Origin: Octopus vulgaris
Lineage: Eukaryota
Assembly: GCA_951406725.2 (NCBI GenBank)
Contig: OX597832.1
Span: 2,232,001-2,296,000 of the forward strand
Length of the DNA: 64,000 bases
Direction: 5' to 3'
In this document: piece after piece, positions 23,717 to 38,789 of the stretch
Position numbering within the stretch: position 1 is the first letter of the stretch
Layout: the number at the start of each line of letters is the position of its first letter
Translations under genes and position numbers: made by a program
The notes under the pieces: model-generated
Database searches by the model: none
What the model saw: the letters and a program-made list of their open reading frames with translations, nothing else
What the model was told of the DNA's origin: nothing

Positions 23717-26639
23717 ACTATAAGAACAATGATAACAGGAAAATAATATTAGGAAACATTTCTAATTGGAACTAGAATTTATCATTTGAAAATTCAGATA
23801 CAAAATTGAATTGTCAAAAGAAAAGATCAATTTTCACTAATGAAACTAACAATAAGTCTAATTCACAATCACTTTGGGGTTAGGGTGAATTCCAAATTAT
23901 TAAGCTATAAAAGATTATAACAAATGGATTTTAGACAAATGTACAAGCAGTGTGTTTATTTGTTGGGAAAGAATAATGTACATGTGTAATGGATAACAGA
24001 AGTAGACTCCAGAAGTTATTGAGGTGGTATTAGTCATAGAAAGATCAGGGATTTGGTTGATGTTTAGGAAAATGATCTGCCTACTGCAAAAAGTTTCTCT
24101 CTTCATATAAAAAGCAGAAGTACAATACTGTATGATAGTGAAATTTCTAAAGTCAAATATCAGGACCTGCAACAATTATACAGGATCAAAATGTAATCCT
24201 TTTGATACACAGTGAGTACTTAAGAAATAGATTAAAGATACATTTAAGAAAGCAGTACAGAAATAGCATTCATCATCATCATCGTTTAACGTCCGCTTTC
24301 CATGGGATGGACTGAGGACTGGCGAATCAGATGGCTGCACCAGGCTCCAATCTTGATCTGGCAGAGTTTCTACAGCTGGATACCCTTCCTAACACCAACC
24401 CCTCCGAGAGTGTAGTGGATGCTTTTACGTGCCACCGGCACAAGGGCTAGTCAGGCAGTACTGGCAACGGCCACGCTCAAATGGTGTTTTTTACATGCCA
24501 CCTGCACAGGAGCCAGTCTTCATGTGTTTCTTCACATGCCACCGACACAAGTGCAAGTAAGGCGACGCTGATAACAACCACATTCGAATGGTGCTTTTTA
24601 CGTGCCACTGGCATGGAAGCCAGTTAGCCGCTCTGGAAACGATCACTCTCGGATGGTGCTCTTAGCACTCCACAAGCACAGATGCCAGTCATCATAGAAA
24701 AAGCTAGTTTGAACATTAAATAATGTTCAAACATTACTTAAACATTAAATAATGTAGTGAGGAAAATTTATTGATATACTGAGCAGCTAAATACCATAAT
24801 TATTTTGTCTAAAACCTTGCAAACTACTTCTCTAAATATTGAAATTACAACCTAATCAAGAATATTTTGAAAACTGATTCAAAATTATTGTATTCTAGTT
24901 TCCATCATTAATTTAAAACATTAATATCCTTCTGAAAGATATCCTAAAACACTTAGACAGAGGTTTAAAATGAAAAAGGTTTTGAGGGTTGATATTTTGT
25001 CTTTTCTAGGTCCACAGAAACACCAAAATTTATTTAAATGGCAATATTGGCCAATTTTTCTTTCTTTTTGTCAATTTTACATTCTTGCCACTACTTAAAT
25101 TGCTATATTTTCACCACCGTCATACATATTTATAGACAGAATATAATGTGAACAAACACAAATCAAGCAAATGGCAGGATACATCTCAGTAGGTTGTCAA
25201 GCACTATCAAATTGGTCTTCTACACTATCCATATACTTACATAAATGTTTCGAAATGACAACATGAACAGACCTCTATACATGTAAATAAATCTACTTAA
25301 TTACTTTTCTAATTTTCCCACTACTCCTTTCTAAAGGAGATATAGTCAAGTGAACTAAACAGACTTCTAACAACACAAAAGAGTATATTTCATATTGTCA
25401 GAAAGAAAAGATGTCAAATGTTTTGGATAATTGCTCTTCTTCAAAGAAAGGAAAACATCAGTAGGCTGCACCATACATTCTGTTGAAAACCTCTTTGATC
25501 AAGTTTCAATTTCTGATATCAAACATTTAATTAGCATGTCGAATCTGCTGAGTAGCAAGAAAATGGCTGAAATGTGTTTAAATCCTCAGTACCCGAAATC
25601 CAGTTTTGAGCCATTGTTGCAGCTACTTTTGCTTATGCTAACAGCTTTGAGAAATGGCTATTCTATCCTATTTCGTGCTCCCATCGAAGTCAACAGGACT
25701 GATCACCCACTGATGATTTGGATCAGCAATTCTCTGCACTATTTTGATTATAACAGTATACCATACATTTAGATTTCCCTGATTGTTAGATAAACAAAAT
25801 GGAAAAACAAAATTTCAAATAAGCTATCATAAACTTATTGTAACTAGAAATAATGGTAAACAGTAAGATAAGTTTTGAAATTACTCCACTTTCTCCACCT
25901 TGTGGCATTTTCTCTTCTTTTTTAATACTGGGCGCGTTTATATGGTTATTTTGTTAAAAGGTGAATTAAGAAATGTATGTAAACCAAACAAGTTTACATA
26001 AGAAATCGATTTAAAATTACAGTAAATTAAAAGTGCATTAGTCTTCCCCATCCCAACTACAAGTCCTTGGCTACTTCTTTTAACGTTAATTTACCAACAA
26101 ACTATATACTATCATAGGCGAACTTTTGTTTTCCAGTCAAAATATACTTTTTAAAATATCCTCAGAATCTGAAATTTTCTATTACATTTCATTAACCTTA
26201 TAATAGAAATCAATTACAAATTCCTAATCCGAGAGAACACACCAAAATTGAATTTAGAATGGTTTGCAAAGATTTATTGCTTTAACGATAATTAAATTCA
26301 TTATTGGGGAGGGGGTAAATTTCTAACGACTGTAATTAACAAACATACGAAGAAAACAATAGCATGTCTAACTTATTAGCCCCATTGGTTCAGTTTTATA
26401 TTTAAACAAACATCTATTCCAAGTAACATGGAATAAAAAGTATTCATTTAAAATTTCCGGAAAGCTAATTTAATCTATTTGAAAGATAAATATTTTTCAA
26501 GATCAGGAAAATTAACAGAAATTATTATGCAGGTAAAAAGCAAAATTGTTAATAATAATAAGAGTGGAAATATTTGGTGTAGCAATATGTTAAGTATACA
26601 CATCAATGTACTTATGTCAAACAAAAATATTCTCGCTTT

Positions 26640-27030
26640 AAATAATCACGTTTTACTGAGCAAGCAGGTAGCCGCGGATTATATTCAGTTCCGCCAATTC
26701 AGCGCACGCGTATTGGCCATTCGTGTTACATATTTCTCAAATAAGGTGTCAGGAAAATCCTTGTTTATTACTATTATTATTCAGTTGAGTAATTTTTGAG
26801 CTTTAAGACATTTCGATTTGAAAACGTAGTTTTCATGAAATAGTCAGTGCGTCCCGTTATGTCATTTTACTTACTCGGCTTCCCGTTGTTGTCCCCCTTA
26901 ACACACTCTTTGCTCTCTTCTGCCACTTCGTTGAAAGTAAAAGGAGATAATTCTCACAGCTTTAAACCTATTTCACTCAACTGAATAACATTCTATATTA
27001 AATCATTCTGGCCATACCTCCTAGCAAGGT
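26640..27030. promoter_or_regulatory. Candidate bidirectional promoter / non-coding first exons of ASCC1 and the USP gene
   Basis: Locally CpG-rich, repeat-free stretch; CCAAT (26694) and ATTGG (26712) flank GCGCACGCG; strong donors AAG|GTAAGA (+, 27029) and CGA|GTAAGT (-, 26874); both genes need an upstream exon. Confidence 0.4.
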
Positions 27031-30000
27031 AAGAGATCTTAGATATTACTTTCACTTCTGTATTTAATATATATTTCTTACATTACTTCGTCCTTCATGG
27101 AAGCTTGTAATCGTTTAGGTGTAATCCCAACAATGGGAATAATCGAGTAGCAGTAGGCTAATCGAGCAAAATTGTCTTTTCAATGTTTCTTTATTTCCCA
27201 GAAGCGTCCTTAAATATTATATTTATTCTAACAATGCGTCTGCCAAATTCCTTGGTTTTCATCATTCCTTATGCCATTTTCGTCCCTATTGTAAAAGGAT
27301 TATTGTCTTGTCTAACGGTTGTCTTTTAACAGTTGCTCTTCAATTTTTGTGATAATTTTTCTCTATTTGTATCCAATACCTGATATAATTATAACTTTTG
27401 AAATATTCCCATGTCATTTTCGTGTTTGGTAGTTCCCCCTTTTAATGTTTCCTATAAACATTCTAAGCTCCTACGAAAAGTGGTACATACCTCTCATAGG
27501 TATTTTGTAATACTATTTCCAAAATATTTTACTTTAAAAAAACATCATCTAAACATTGAAATTGTAAATTTATAAATGTTCTCATTTCCCACAAAGCTCT
27601 TAATTATTTTCATTCATTCTGCCTCCTCTCTTTTTTCTTTTCTCCTTGTTATGTTTATACGGACAATGACGGCAATGAAGAGAGCCGGGTTATTGATAAT
27701 GCTCACTATAAGAATCGTTCGCGGTTGATTTTGCCAGGCTTAAACCGATTAAATGAGTTCCAGTATATTAAAGTTAAATTAGTCGACTATTTTTTCTTTA
27801 CAGAACCGGTCTTATACCTACTTATAGTTATTTATAAAATATAATTGAAATAAACATTTATTGTCCTAAAATTACACAGCCTAGGAAAACAAATCCATGT
27901 TCCGCACAGACGGGCAAATTTTATTTGATGAATGAATAAATCATTGTTGATAGGTTTTGCTACGGAAAATATGAGCTATCTCGTTTGACTTGCCTTCAAG
28001 AACAAATTTTTAATCTTTGAAAGTGAGTTCAGCTAGTAGATCTCTCACATTTCATTCAATGCTTTATTATCTGTCTACCACGAATATACTGAAGCCAACA
28101 TGGGAGCCTCTACGCAGTCTCTCGACTTGCTAAAAATAGCAACCAAATTTTCAAATCACAGCAAACCATCTTGAGAAAGGAAAGGACACCATGGATAATG
28201 TATTCCTTGATACCACTTAAAGTACGGTGGTTCTGGTTGGAATGCGTTTGTGTCTTTCTCAGTCTGACTTTAGCTAAATAATAACAATAACCACTAGTAT
28301 AAACTCTAGGGTGTATTTTTTTTTTTTAATTGTGATTTTATTAGTCTAAATGAATGAATGATGAAGTTCTGTTTAAAATCCAATTGGTATAGCAGCGTGT
28401 AGCGATAAAAACTGGGTAAACCGAAGAAGCTCCATCTAAATACGATACTATTCTCAAAAGAACAGTGAATTGAAACAGAATTATGTATCCAAATGAGACA
28501 AGAACACCTGCATTTACTTAGTATATGAGCTGGAAGTCCGACACCTTAATCTCCGACAATATTATCTTATATTTAATGTGGTTAATTCTCTGAGGTAGAT
28601 AAAAATTATTGTACAGGTAGGTATTTTAGTCTGTTGACCGTTATCAGTTCAAGTTTCAGTTTTAAGCATTCAACAAGATTCTTGGAATATCTTATGTAAT
28701 TTTTTTTTTTATAGTTTTAATTTAAAATTGAATTTATAAAGATATTGTTGTCTTATTTTGTTAAGTTTGCAGTTGTGTTAAATTGTCAATGAATGGAAAT
28801 ATTCCCGTTATTCATAATCTCTGAATTACAATAGCGAATAAGTTTCTGTGCAGCGATAACTTCTGATTCCAACAAACTGGAATGATGAAGAAAGGAATAA
28901 TTAGCAGTGCTTTTAAGGCGGGGCATAATGAGGAATATTTACTGCATTTTCAACTTTGAGAAAAAAAATATTTTTCTTATAAATGTCCAGTATCTTACAA
29001 AAACTATATAAGCTAATCAAATGACCTTCTCTAAATGCATTAAAGACACTAATTCTCACCGTTCTGTTTGAGCATCAAACACGAGTTTAAATGGGGCAAA
29101 ATGAGTAAGACAAGATAAGGTAAATTTGCCCTTCAGTTCTTCAGAATTACATTTGAAAAAAGACTCATATACATCAATATCCATACTTGGATATCAGTAA
29201 GATCAGAAATACAACCAAAATTTTTAATTTCTAGGTTAAATGAAAGAGGCTCATGAAAAAAATGACACATGATATGAAATTAACGAAACTCAACATAAGA
29301 TATTGTCTATAGCTGCTTCAGGATCTGCTGGAGTAGTTCTCCTCCCGATATATTCACACACCATGCAGTTAAAGAGAAATTATTGAAATTAGTTATTCCT
29401 CATTTTGCCCCATTTTAGACATCTTTTGGAAATTGAAAATTATCAAATTAGGCAGAAAAGGTTTACCTTTGTCGTCGATGATCATGTTGGTGCCTACACT
29501 TCCTACAATGTGCAGTATAAGAGAATAGGAACTATACCTGGCTTCAGTATAGCACTGATCAATTTTGGATCACTTGAAAGAATTTGACAATAGGAAATAA
29601 ACTCAGAATGCAAATACTGACAGCACATGAATGTTTATGTACAATACCTTAGGAAAAATAACTGATGTAACTGCACCCATTAATGATACATGTACACATC
29701 TACACACACACACACATATTCATATGGAATCACATGCACATAGATACACACATAACATCTCATATAGCATACAGACACATACAATATATTGTATTGCTTC
29801 TCCCTAACATTGTTTTTTTCTGATCTCAAAAAATTATTAATAATAAAGAAATGCAATTATGAGGAGAGTGATAATAATGAACTATTACTAATATGCATTA
29901 GTGACACTGTCTCATCTCCAAAGACTTTGAATCCATTTGAACCTTATTCTTGTTAATAATGGTTGTTAACTCACTACTAGATTTACCTTTAACAATAAAC

Positions 30001-30808
30001 TTTGGAATATGTATGGAATTTTCAAAAATTAGAGAAATATGGTGAGAATCTTGTATTTACTATCTATATCAGATGAGAATGTGAGACAACTCAGCTTAAA
30101 TTTAGATGTGAAAAGAAATTAACTGCCTTTGGCTAGTTCTAAGCACTAAAGTGTCAAAGACAAACTGAATTTGGAGTTTTGGACAATGGATTGCTCACTG
30201 AATTTTTGTCAACAAGATATGGCTATGTAGTTAAAAAGTGTGCTTCCCAATCAGATTCATTTCCACTGTGTGCCTCCTTGAGCAAATGTCTTCTATAGCT
30301 CCATGTTGACCAGTCTTGCAATAATATTTGGTACATGGAAACTGAAAGAAGCCCATCTGGCTTCTGTGCCGGTGGTAAGTAAAAAGCACCAACCGATCGT
30401 GGCCACTGCCAGCCTCCCCTGGTACCTGTGCCAGTGGCACGTAAAAAGCACCCAACACACTCACGGAGTGGTTGGCATTAGGAAGGGCATCCAGCTGTAG
30501 AAACACTGCCAGATCAGACTGGAGTCTGGTGCAGCTTCATGGCTTCCCAGACCCTGGTTGAACTGTCCAACCCGTACTAGCACGGAAAACGGACGTTAAA
30601 CGATGATGATGGTGATGATAATATATATGATAAATAATATATATATAGATATATATGAGTACCCACTACACTTTTGGAGTGGTTGGGGTTAGGAAGGGCA
30701 TCCAGCTGTTGATATATTGCCAGATCAGATTGGACCCTGGAAAATGGACATTAAACAATGATAATGATATATGTGTGTATGTATGCATATATATATATAT
30801 ATATATAT

Positions 30809-30853
<45 letters not shown>

Positions 30854-33800
30854 CATATATAGGTACAGGACGTCACTACCGGTTCAAACATGAAATACAT
30901 AAACGAGAAAAAATGGAAAATGGGACAAGTAAACACAGAGAAAGGACCCTTCATCAGTTGTCAGCTGTCTCTTTACTCAGCATTTCAAGCATTCAATGAC
31001 AATGAGTCTTTAAAGACAGTTTCTCCCATAAATCCTAAAATAAAATTTAGGATTTATAAAGGATCGAAGTTGGGAACAAAAACATGCCAATGGAGACATA
31101 CAAGGAAACTGAATGGAAACAAACATGGAGGGTCAGTAGACCAGAATGAAAGGAAAATAGTGAACGCTGTGAGAAACATTTTTTTGAAAAGAGAAAAAAA
31201 AGGGTCCGTGCAGGAAAAGAAAGATGGACAATGGTCCCATGTGAGCAATGAGAGGGAGAAAGAGAGATAAAAAACAGTGAAGGAGGGAGGGGTGAAAAAG
31301 GATGGAGGAAGAAAACAATAGAGAAGAGTCGCATCAAAAAGGTGAAGATGTGTGTGTGTATATATATATATATTATGTTTATATATGTGTGTTTGTGTAC
31401 GTATACATATGCATGTTAGTACATGCTTTGAATTTAAAACTCAGAGCAAGATGCAACAGATAAGTTGCAGGCAGTTTTTTTGAGCCCTGTGTTTGAGTAA
31501 AAAGTTGATCTTAAAGAATTTAAAGACCAGTCCTTCTACTGCCAACAGAGAAAAGTAAATCTCCTAGGGTTCATCTGGTGAATCCTTCTTCAGACAGATT
31601 TTTACAATTATAGCATCAACAGTGAACAGAAATTCAGTGAAATCTTCAACTATTGGAAACGTAAGTCAGAAAGAAAAAAAAAATGGAAGGTAGAAACTAC
31701 AGAAATATGCAGATGGAAACAAACTCGCAGGTTTTTTCTGTTCAAAACCATTTATGGATCTTTGCAACCTGTATCTGTCTCTGTACATTCTTCTGATAGA
31801 CAAAAATCTTGATCAATGGATAAGAGTAATATACTTGAATCATTGAACAGAGCTCTTTCACTCCCTGCTCTATCAAATCAATTTTATTGATCTACTAGTG
31901 GAAGAACTGCTAACCTCACTACAACTCTGAACTTAAAAATGACACACCACTAAATGGAATCCAAGCAGTTCACTAGAACTGACAATCCTCTGACTTTGTA
32001 TTTCTGGGTGAAAATCCATAAATATGGTCATATAAACTAGGGACACGTCATCATCTGTCAAGATGGACTCAGGACCAACATGGCTTGCTTTCCTTCAACT
32101 GAGTCTCTATATGATTACTTTGCCTGCTAGAAATACTAACCAGATCTTTATACCATACACTACTATCTCAATAAAGGAGGACACATTGCATATGTAGTCT
32201 TAGATATCCTGTATCTGGGAGAAGGGGGAAACAGTCATGACTGAAATTTCGTGATTGTAGATCTTGAGCAAGGTTGATCTGAAACTAATGATAGTGTTAA
32301 AGGTAATGTATAGTTGATAAAAGCTGGTAGAGAATAAAATTACCTTAGCTCATTTACACTTGGTCTTTCCAGACTCGGTCCAATTGTGTAGCACCTGGAG
32401 CAGGTATCTTCTATAGCTCCAGGCTGACCAAAGCTTGTGAGTGAATTTGGTAGCCAAACTGAAAGAAGTTTGTCGTGTATGTTTGCCCAATCCCACTTGA
32501 CAACTGGTGTGCTTTGTTTACATCCCTGTAATTTGGCATTTCAGTGTAAGAGACCAAAGTACTGGGATCAATTCATTTGACTAGAAATATCAAGGTGATA
32601 CCCCATTTCAGCCACAGTCTGATGACTGAAACAATTTGAGATGAAATGTGTGTACATCTGTACCCTTGTCTTGACATCATGTGATGGTTGTAAATGAATG
32701 TTATCATCATCAAGTTATATTGTTTGTTTCCAGTCATGTCAAAAACCCATAAGCAAATTTTTCCTTGCTTGGAAACAGGTGAGAGTTGATGACAGGATGG
32801 GCATTTAGCTGTAGAAAACTTTGCCTCAATAAATTCTTGGTTTTGCTTCTATGTCTGGAATTTATTCTGTATATCTACAGATTCAACTATAAGAACTTGT
32901 TCAGTTCACAGAAGTTCCCATACATAGCTGCTCTTAAACTTTTCTGTTATGACCTGGAGAATTATAGGAGGACCAGTTAAATTTTGATGGGATCCATTTT
33001 AGACTATACTTCACGTGGTATAGACTTTTCTTTAGCATGTATCACTGATAGTGCTTCAGACTTGAAGCAAATAAAGACAGCTATCTCAAGTGTAGTCAAG
33101 CACTTGTATCACAGTAGAATACATGGCAGTAAGTATTCATACTTACATTCATTGCAAAGAGGTAATTATAGATAGAGCAGTGATTATCCATGGGTTACTC
33201 TGTGTGGTGATGATGACAACATATATTGCAGTCTTTTGTTCTCCACCTTTCCTATTTGCAGAATTGTTAGTGTCAGAAGAAATACTTTGTGGTATTTTAA
33301 CTCTTCATAAACTAAACTTGAATCTCACCAAGGTCAACTTTTTTCTTTCAACCTTCTTGAGTCAGTAACATAGAGTATTAGTCAAGCATTGGAGTCAGTA
33401 TAATTTATGGTCCTCTCCTCCAAAACTTTATACTATTTCACTTGTAATATTTATAATCTAGTATTTTTATGTTCCACTTGATGTAAAGTAGATGCTTTAC
33501 ATTTTGTTTCCACTTTTCAACATTTTTTAGATCCCTCTTTGGTGTTCTTGTGCAATAAATTTTTGTTTCTTATTTTTATGGAGCTACGATACTTTGGGTT
33601 ACCAGTATTTTTTATGAAAATTGGAATTTTTTTTGTATTTATAGGCAAGACTGGAGGAAATATGCTATAAAATTCCTCAATGCAAAGACAAGTACCTTCT
33701 CTACTGTATGTTTACAAACAAAAACTTGGAAATTTAGTTTTTACTAATTCAGCCATCATAAAATAAGGTCATGACTACTGTTCACATCCTCACTTTTAGA

Positions 33801-34564
33801 TTAAATGATACAAGCAGTCATTGAGGACTTCATTTAGAAAGAAAGGCATGGTTCCAAACCTTTCAGGTTCATCCACAACTCTTCTATATTAACAAAGACA
33901 GGAAGAACCAACATGATCTGTTAAAAACTTGACCCTCCCTATATGATACAGTAACTGTCTGACTTCCAAGTTCACAAGTAGTTAAATCATAGGTGCTTAC
34001 AGAGTGTGTGTAACAGTTTTACATATCTCACTGCATCACTAGTAGCAGCAGCAACTGGAGTAACAACAAAAAAAAAAGAGCATAACAATGTCACAAACAA
34101 GTATACCAACAATGATGAAAATATCAGCATGAATTGAAACCAGTGACACTAGCATTGTTATTAGCAACAACAAATTCATGAGGGAGCTTCTATGTGGTCA
34201 TTCAAACTGCTAAAAATAGCAGGCAAATCTTTATCAAATTATGCCTAATCTGAAAGAAAAATATATTGGGTAATATAGCTTTAAATATGCTATAACTGAA
34301 GAAAACAAGATGAAATGTCATTGATCATGTCTCCAATCAGAACTGACCTTTAGTTAAACGACACCATGAAAAGTGAATTTTTTACAAAAGGCACGAGCTC
34401 CTGGCCTGTGCATTCACTTTTGTACAAAGGTGAAATGATGTGACTTAAGTCTTATATTAAGATTCCTAATGTAATGCCTTCAGAAATTATATAGGGTAGA
34501 TAGAAAACCTTTTTGTACAGACAGGTAAGTGCCTCAAATGTGTGTGTGTAAATGTATGTGTGAA

Positions 34565-35155
34565 TGTTCTTTATTCCTTTACTTGTTTAAGTCATTTGAC
34601 TGGCCATGCTGGAGCACCATCTTACAGTCAAAGCAGTCAACCCCAGGACTTTGTAAACCCAGTACTTATTCTATCGGTCTCTTTTGCCGAGCCAATAAGT
34701 TATGGAAATGTAAACACACCAACATTGGTTGTCAAGTGATGGTTGGACACGCACACACTTACATGCAAGCATACATACATATGACAGGCTTCTTTTTAGT
34801 TTCTGTTTACCAAATCCAATTGCAAGGCTTTGGTCGGCCCGAGGCTATAGTAGAAGACATTTGCTGGAGCACCGCCTTGTAGTTGAAGAAATCGACCCCA
34901 GGACTTATTTATTTGTAAACCCAGTACTTATTCTATCGGTCTCTTTTGCCGAACCACTAAGTTACAGGGATGTAAACAACAACATCAGTTGTCAAACAAT
35001 GGTTGGGACATACACACGACAGGCTTCTTTTCAGTTTTCGTCTACCAAATCCACTCACAAGGCTTTGGTCAGCCCAAGGCTATAGTAGAAGACACTTGCC
35101 CAAGGTTTCATGCAGTGGGACTGAACCTAGAACCATGTAATTGGGAAGCAAGCTG
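34565..35155 (-). mobile_element. Two tandem copies of the same SINE family
   Basis: Repeated cccagtacttattctatcggtctcttttgccga and gaggctatagtagaagaca blocks. Confidence 0.75.
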
Positions 35156-35174
35156 ATATTTGTTTGTGTGTGTG

Positions 35175-35690
35175 TATTATATAAATAAACTGTTGGACCA
35201 AGTCATGAAAGTTATAGAGAATGTTAGAACCCAATTAATTAGAAACAGAATCGAAGTAGATGAGATGTAGTTTGGTTTTGTGCTAAGTAGAAATACTACT
35301 AAGAGTATATAAGAGTACAGTAACAAATTTAGTGTGCAGGTAGGCATGCACCAGAGCTCAGTTCTCATTTCCCCTCCCATTCATCATTGTTCTCCAGGTC
35401 ATAAGAAGGATTTAAGACTGTTTACTCTTGTGAACTACAATATGCTGATGATCTTGCTCTCATAGCGGAATCTGTGACAGAATTAGAAAAGATGTGATGC
35501 ATATGGATAAGGACAGTTGCATAAAGGAATGTCAATCACTTAAAGTAGATGGAACTTGTGGAAGAGGAAGACATGAGACGAAGGCTGATCTCAGGATGCT
35601 GAGCCTTAAAGAAGAGATGACAAATGGCCAAAGATGATTGACATTTTGCTGTGCTTAAGAAGACTGCTCCATTACAACAAAAATGGTGTC
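35175..35690 (+). mobile_element. RTE LINE fragment (multiply deleted)
   Basis: FGFVLSR, VQVGMHQSSVL, LQYADDLALIAES. Confidence 0.7.
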
Positions 35691-37349
35691 TTAAAACCAC
35701 TTTGTTATACTTATACATATAAGTGAAGTCCTATCTCCCTTCCCCCTATTTTCATTCCTCTCCTTTTATGACATTACTTGATTGCTGAATTTCTTGAGAG
35801 AAGAATTAGCACATATTACATCCCATCCCATCCTTAACATAACTCATCATCCTTACCCATACTATTTCAACCAATCACCCCCACCTCCTTTCTGTACTTT
35901 CAGCTACTGTTCTCTCTCTCTCTCCTGCTATACTCCATTCTAAACTGCTCTCTTACCTTGCTATCATTCTCAATGCCCTCCCATATCTACCGTCATGACC
36001 CACCCACCTACTATAGCCCCTCCCTCTCCACTGCTCCTACACCTTGCACATTCCTTTCTATTCTCTTTCTTGGGTCATTCCTGTCTCCCATCTTACCCCT
36101 TTCCATACTGATATTTCCCATCATCTGCACTCCTGCCCTTGCTCATCACTCATATTAACCTTTAACCTCTTTCTCCATCTGTTTATTCCCCTCCCACACT
36201 CTTATGAAAGCATCTACACATTCTCTCATCTCCTCCCATGACCCTTCATCTGTATCTTTTTTTATGCTTACCCTCTTGTTTGCTCTAGCACCTCATCACT
36301 ACCTTTCTGTTATCTCCTCTATAGCAAGACATCTGTGCTTGCCCCTCTATCACACTTTAACCTTTTATCATCTGGCATAAAGCCACACACCTTTGCATTC
36401 CACCCCCCACCTCTACCTTCCTCCTCATTGTGAGACTTTTTCCCTTTCCTTTTTCTCTGTTTTTGTATGTGTTGCAAGCTTAATAGCAACCTCATTTGTG
36501 CTAGTAGCACATAAAAAGCACCGAGTACACTCTGTACAGTGGTTGGCATTAAGAAAGGCATCCAGCCATAAAAACCATGCCAAAGATGACATAAAAGTCT
36601 GAAGCAGCACTGCAGCTCACCAATTTCTTGTCTAACTGTCCATCCCATACCATGGAAAGCAAATGGTAAGTGATGATGGTAGTTTTTGTGTGTGTGTGTG
36701 TGTATGCACATACTTGCATGAGCTGGACAGAGTTTATTGAAGATTTTCTACAGCAGGATGCCCTTCCTGTTGCCAACCCTCACTTGATTCCAAGCAAGAT
36801 ATTTTTTCCCTCTCACCAGACATGTTTTCACAAAATATTGGAAAAGAATAATACTATTTATATCCCTGTGACACTCTTTTGAAGCTATCGTACAATGTCA
36901 AGACAACACACACACACATATATACATACAAACAGTTTTTTTTTTAGTTTATCTCCCAAATCCATTCATGAGCTTTGATCAGCTCAGAGCTACCGTAGAA
37001 GACAGTTGCTGAAGGTACTATGCAGTGGGACTGAACCCCAAAACATGATTGTGAAGCAACCTTTTTACACTCTGTGTGTGTATCATCATCATCATCATCA
37101 TCATTTAACATTCATTGTCCATGCTGGTTGGATGGTTTGACCTAAGTTGCAGAGCTGCACCAGGCTCAAATCTAACTTTGCATGGTTTCTACAGCTGGAT
37201 GCCCTTCCTAACACCAACCACTTTATAGAGTGCACTGGGTGCTTTTACATGGCATTGCACCAGCATGTGTGTTTTTTACATAGCACTGATACAAGACTCT
37301 GGCAGGCTAATCATCTTCACCTGTGGGAGTGACCTTATTGCTTCTGCTG

Positions 37350-37862
37350 TTGAGGTAAAAGTCTTCTTGAATACAGTAAGTTGCAAGGCATCTCAGTTCT
37401 TTGTCATCCCACCTGAAAAATTCATCATCTTGAATTCATTCTTCAGTACTTCATCCAATGTCTTCCTGAGTCTCCCACTATCGTGTGTTCCATCTACTTT
37501 GAGAGATCGGCACTTCTTTATGAAGCTGTCAGCATCCACCCACAACACATGACCAAACCAGCACAGTCTTCTCTCTTGCTCACTGCATCTAATTCCTCTT
37601 ATACCTAACTTCTCACTCAATGCACTAGCACTCTGACAAACATATACACTTATACTACACATCCAGCAGAGCATACTAGCCTCATTCCTCTCTAACCTTT
37701 GAACGTCCTCTACATTCAAGGCTCACGACTCACTACCATGTAGAATTGCTGTCTGTATACTTGCATTATACAATCTGCCTTTCATTCAGAGAAGAGAAAC
37801 CTTTCATAGCCAACAGAGGTAAAAGCTCTCTGAAATTCCTCCATCCTATTCTTATTCTAACT
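37350..37862 (-). mobile_element. RTE LINE 3' fragment
   Basis: RIRIGWRNFRELLPLL; RLERNEASML; RRLCWFGHV; GRLRKT. Confidence 0.85.
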
Positions 37863-38789
37863 ATCATGTGTGTATGAATGGATATATATTTACGTATGTG
37901 TGCACATATGTATATACATGCCAAACCTACTTGGTAAGAAGGATGGTTTTTGTTGCAGAACACAAAAAAATCTCTCAATGGATGGATAAACTCGGTAGAG
38001 TCATCAACCATGCAACTGTTGAGAGTGAAGAACACTCTATCTTTCTTCAGACATCTTGAAGGAAAATTTTGATGTTACATCTGTGGCTTACTTTGCATCC
38101 AATGATATAGACCAGTTCTTGTTTTGGGCAAATGCATACATTTAATGTCCATTTTTGTGCTGGCATGAGCTGGCAAGCCAGAAGACTACACCAAGCTCCA
38201 GTATCTACTTTGGCATGGTTTCTACAGCCGGATGCCATCAACCACTTTACAGGGTACTGCATGATTTTTACATGGTACTGGCACTAGACCACTCAACTGT
38301 AAGGAAGTAATATTGAGGGTGGTGGTTTTGTGCCAGAGGATGAAATGCTAAAGTGTGATAAGGGTCAGGAACAGGTGTTTTGCTGTAGGGGAGATATGTT
38401 TAGAAAGTGGAACTTTTCTCACTTCAAAAAGCTTCATGCTTAGGAATCATTTATTTTTAACATCTCTATTGTGTTGCATACCACACCTGGACATGGCTGA
38501 AAAAAGCAAAACACTCAATGAAAAATTCCATGATAGAATGAAGGCATGTGTCAGCATGGGTATAAACTCTCTGAACATCTGCAAGAGGTGCCTGTCATTT
38601 CCACATTTGTGCCTACCACACTCACTATGGCAATTTTACTATGCTCTTTCTGTCAGTTTTTCTAAATAATATGTCTTGCCAAAACAGACCACCACCAGAG
38701 TCTTTAGATATCATTCTATGTATATCTATAGACTTGTACCTGTTTTATTTAACTTTTTTCTCTATCTCTGTAACATCCTTTTTTTTATA

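Noticed and set aside
25431-26799. ORFs 25431..25772 and 26479..26799 upstream of ASCC1
   Set aside because: Non-ATG starts and no recognisable motifs; likely chance ORFs in AT-rich DNA.
30940-31022. Minus-strand CTGATGAAGG and an upstream TGTCT..GAAA..AGACA arrangement
   Set aside because: The core halves are not in one consistent fold; too decayed to call.
27300-34500. Possible additional gene or UTR exons between ASCC1 and the USP gene
   Set aside because: Scattered acceptor-like sites (e.g. ~29234, 33530, 33644) but no consistent exon chain or protein similarity recognisable by eye.
35444-35470. CTGATGA in LINE fragments (also ~2323 and ~3858 on the minus strand)
   Set aside because: These are the codons of the RT YADD motif, not ribozyme cores.
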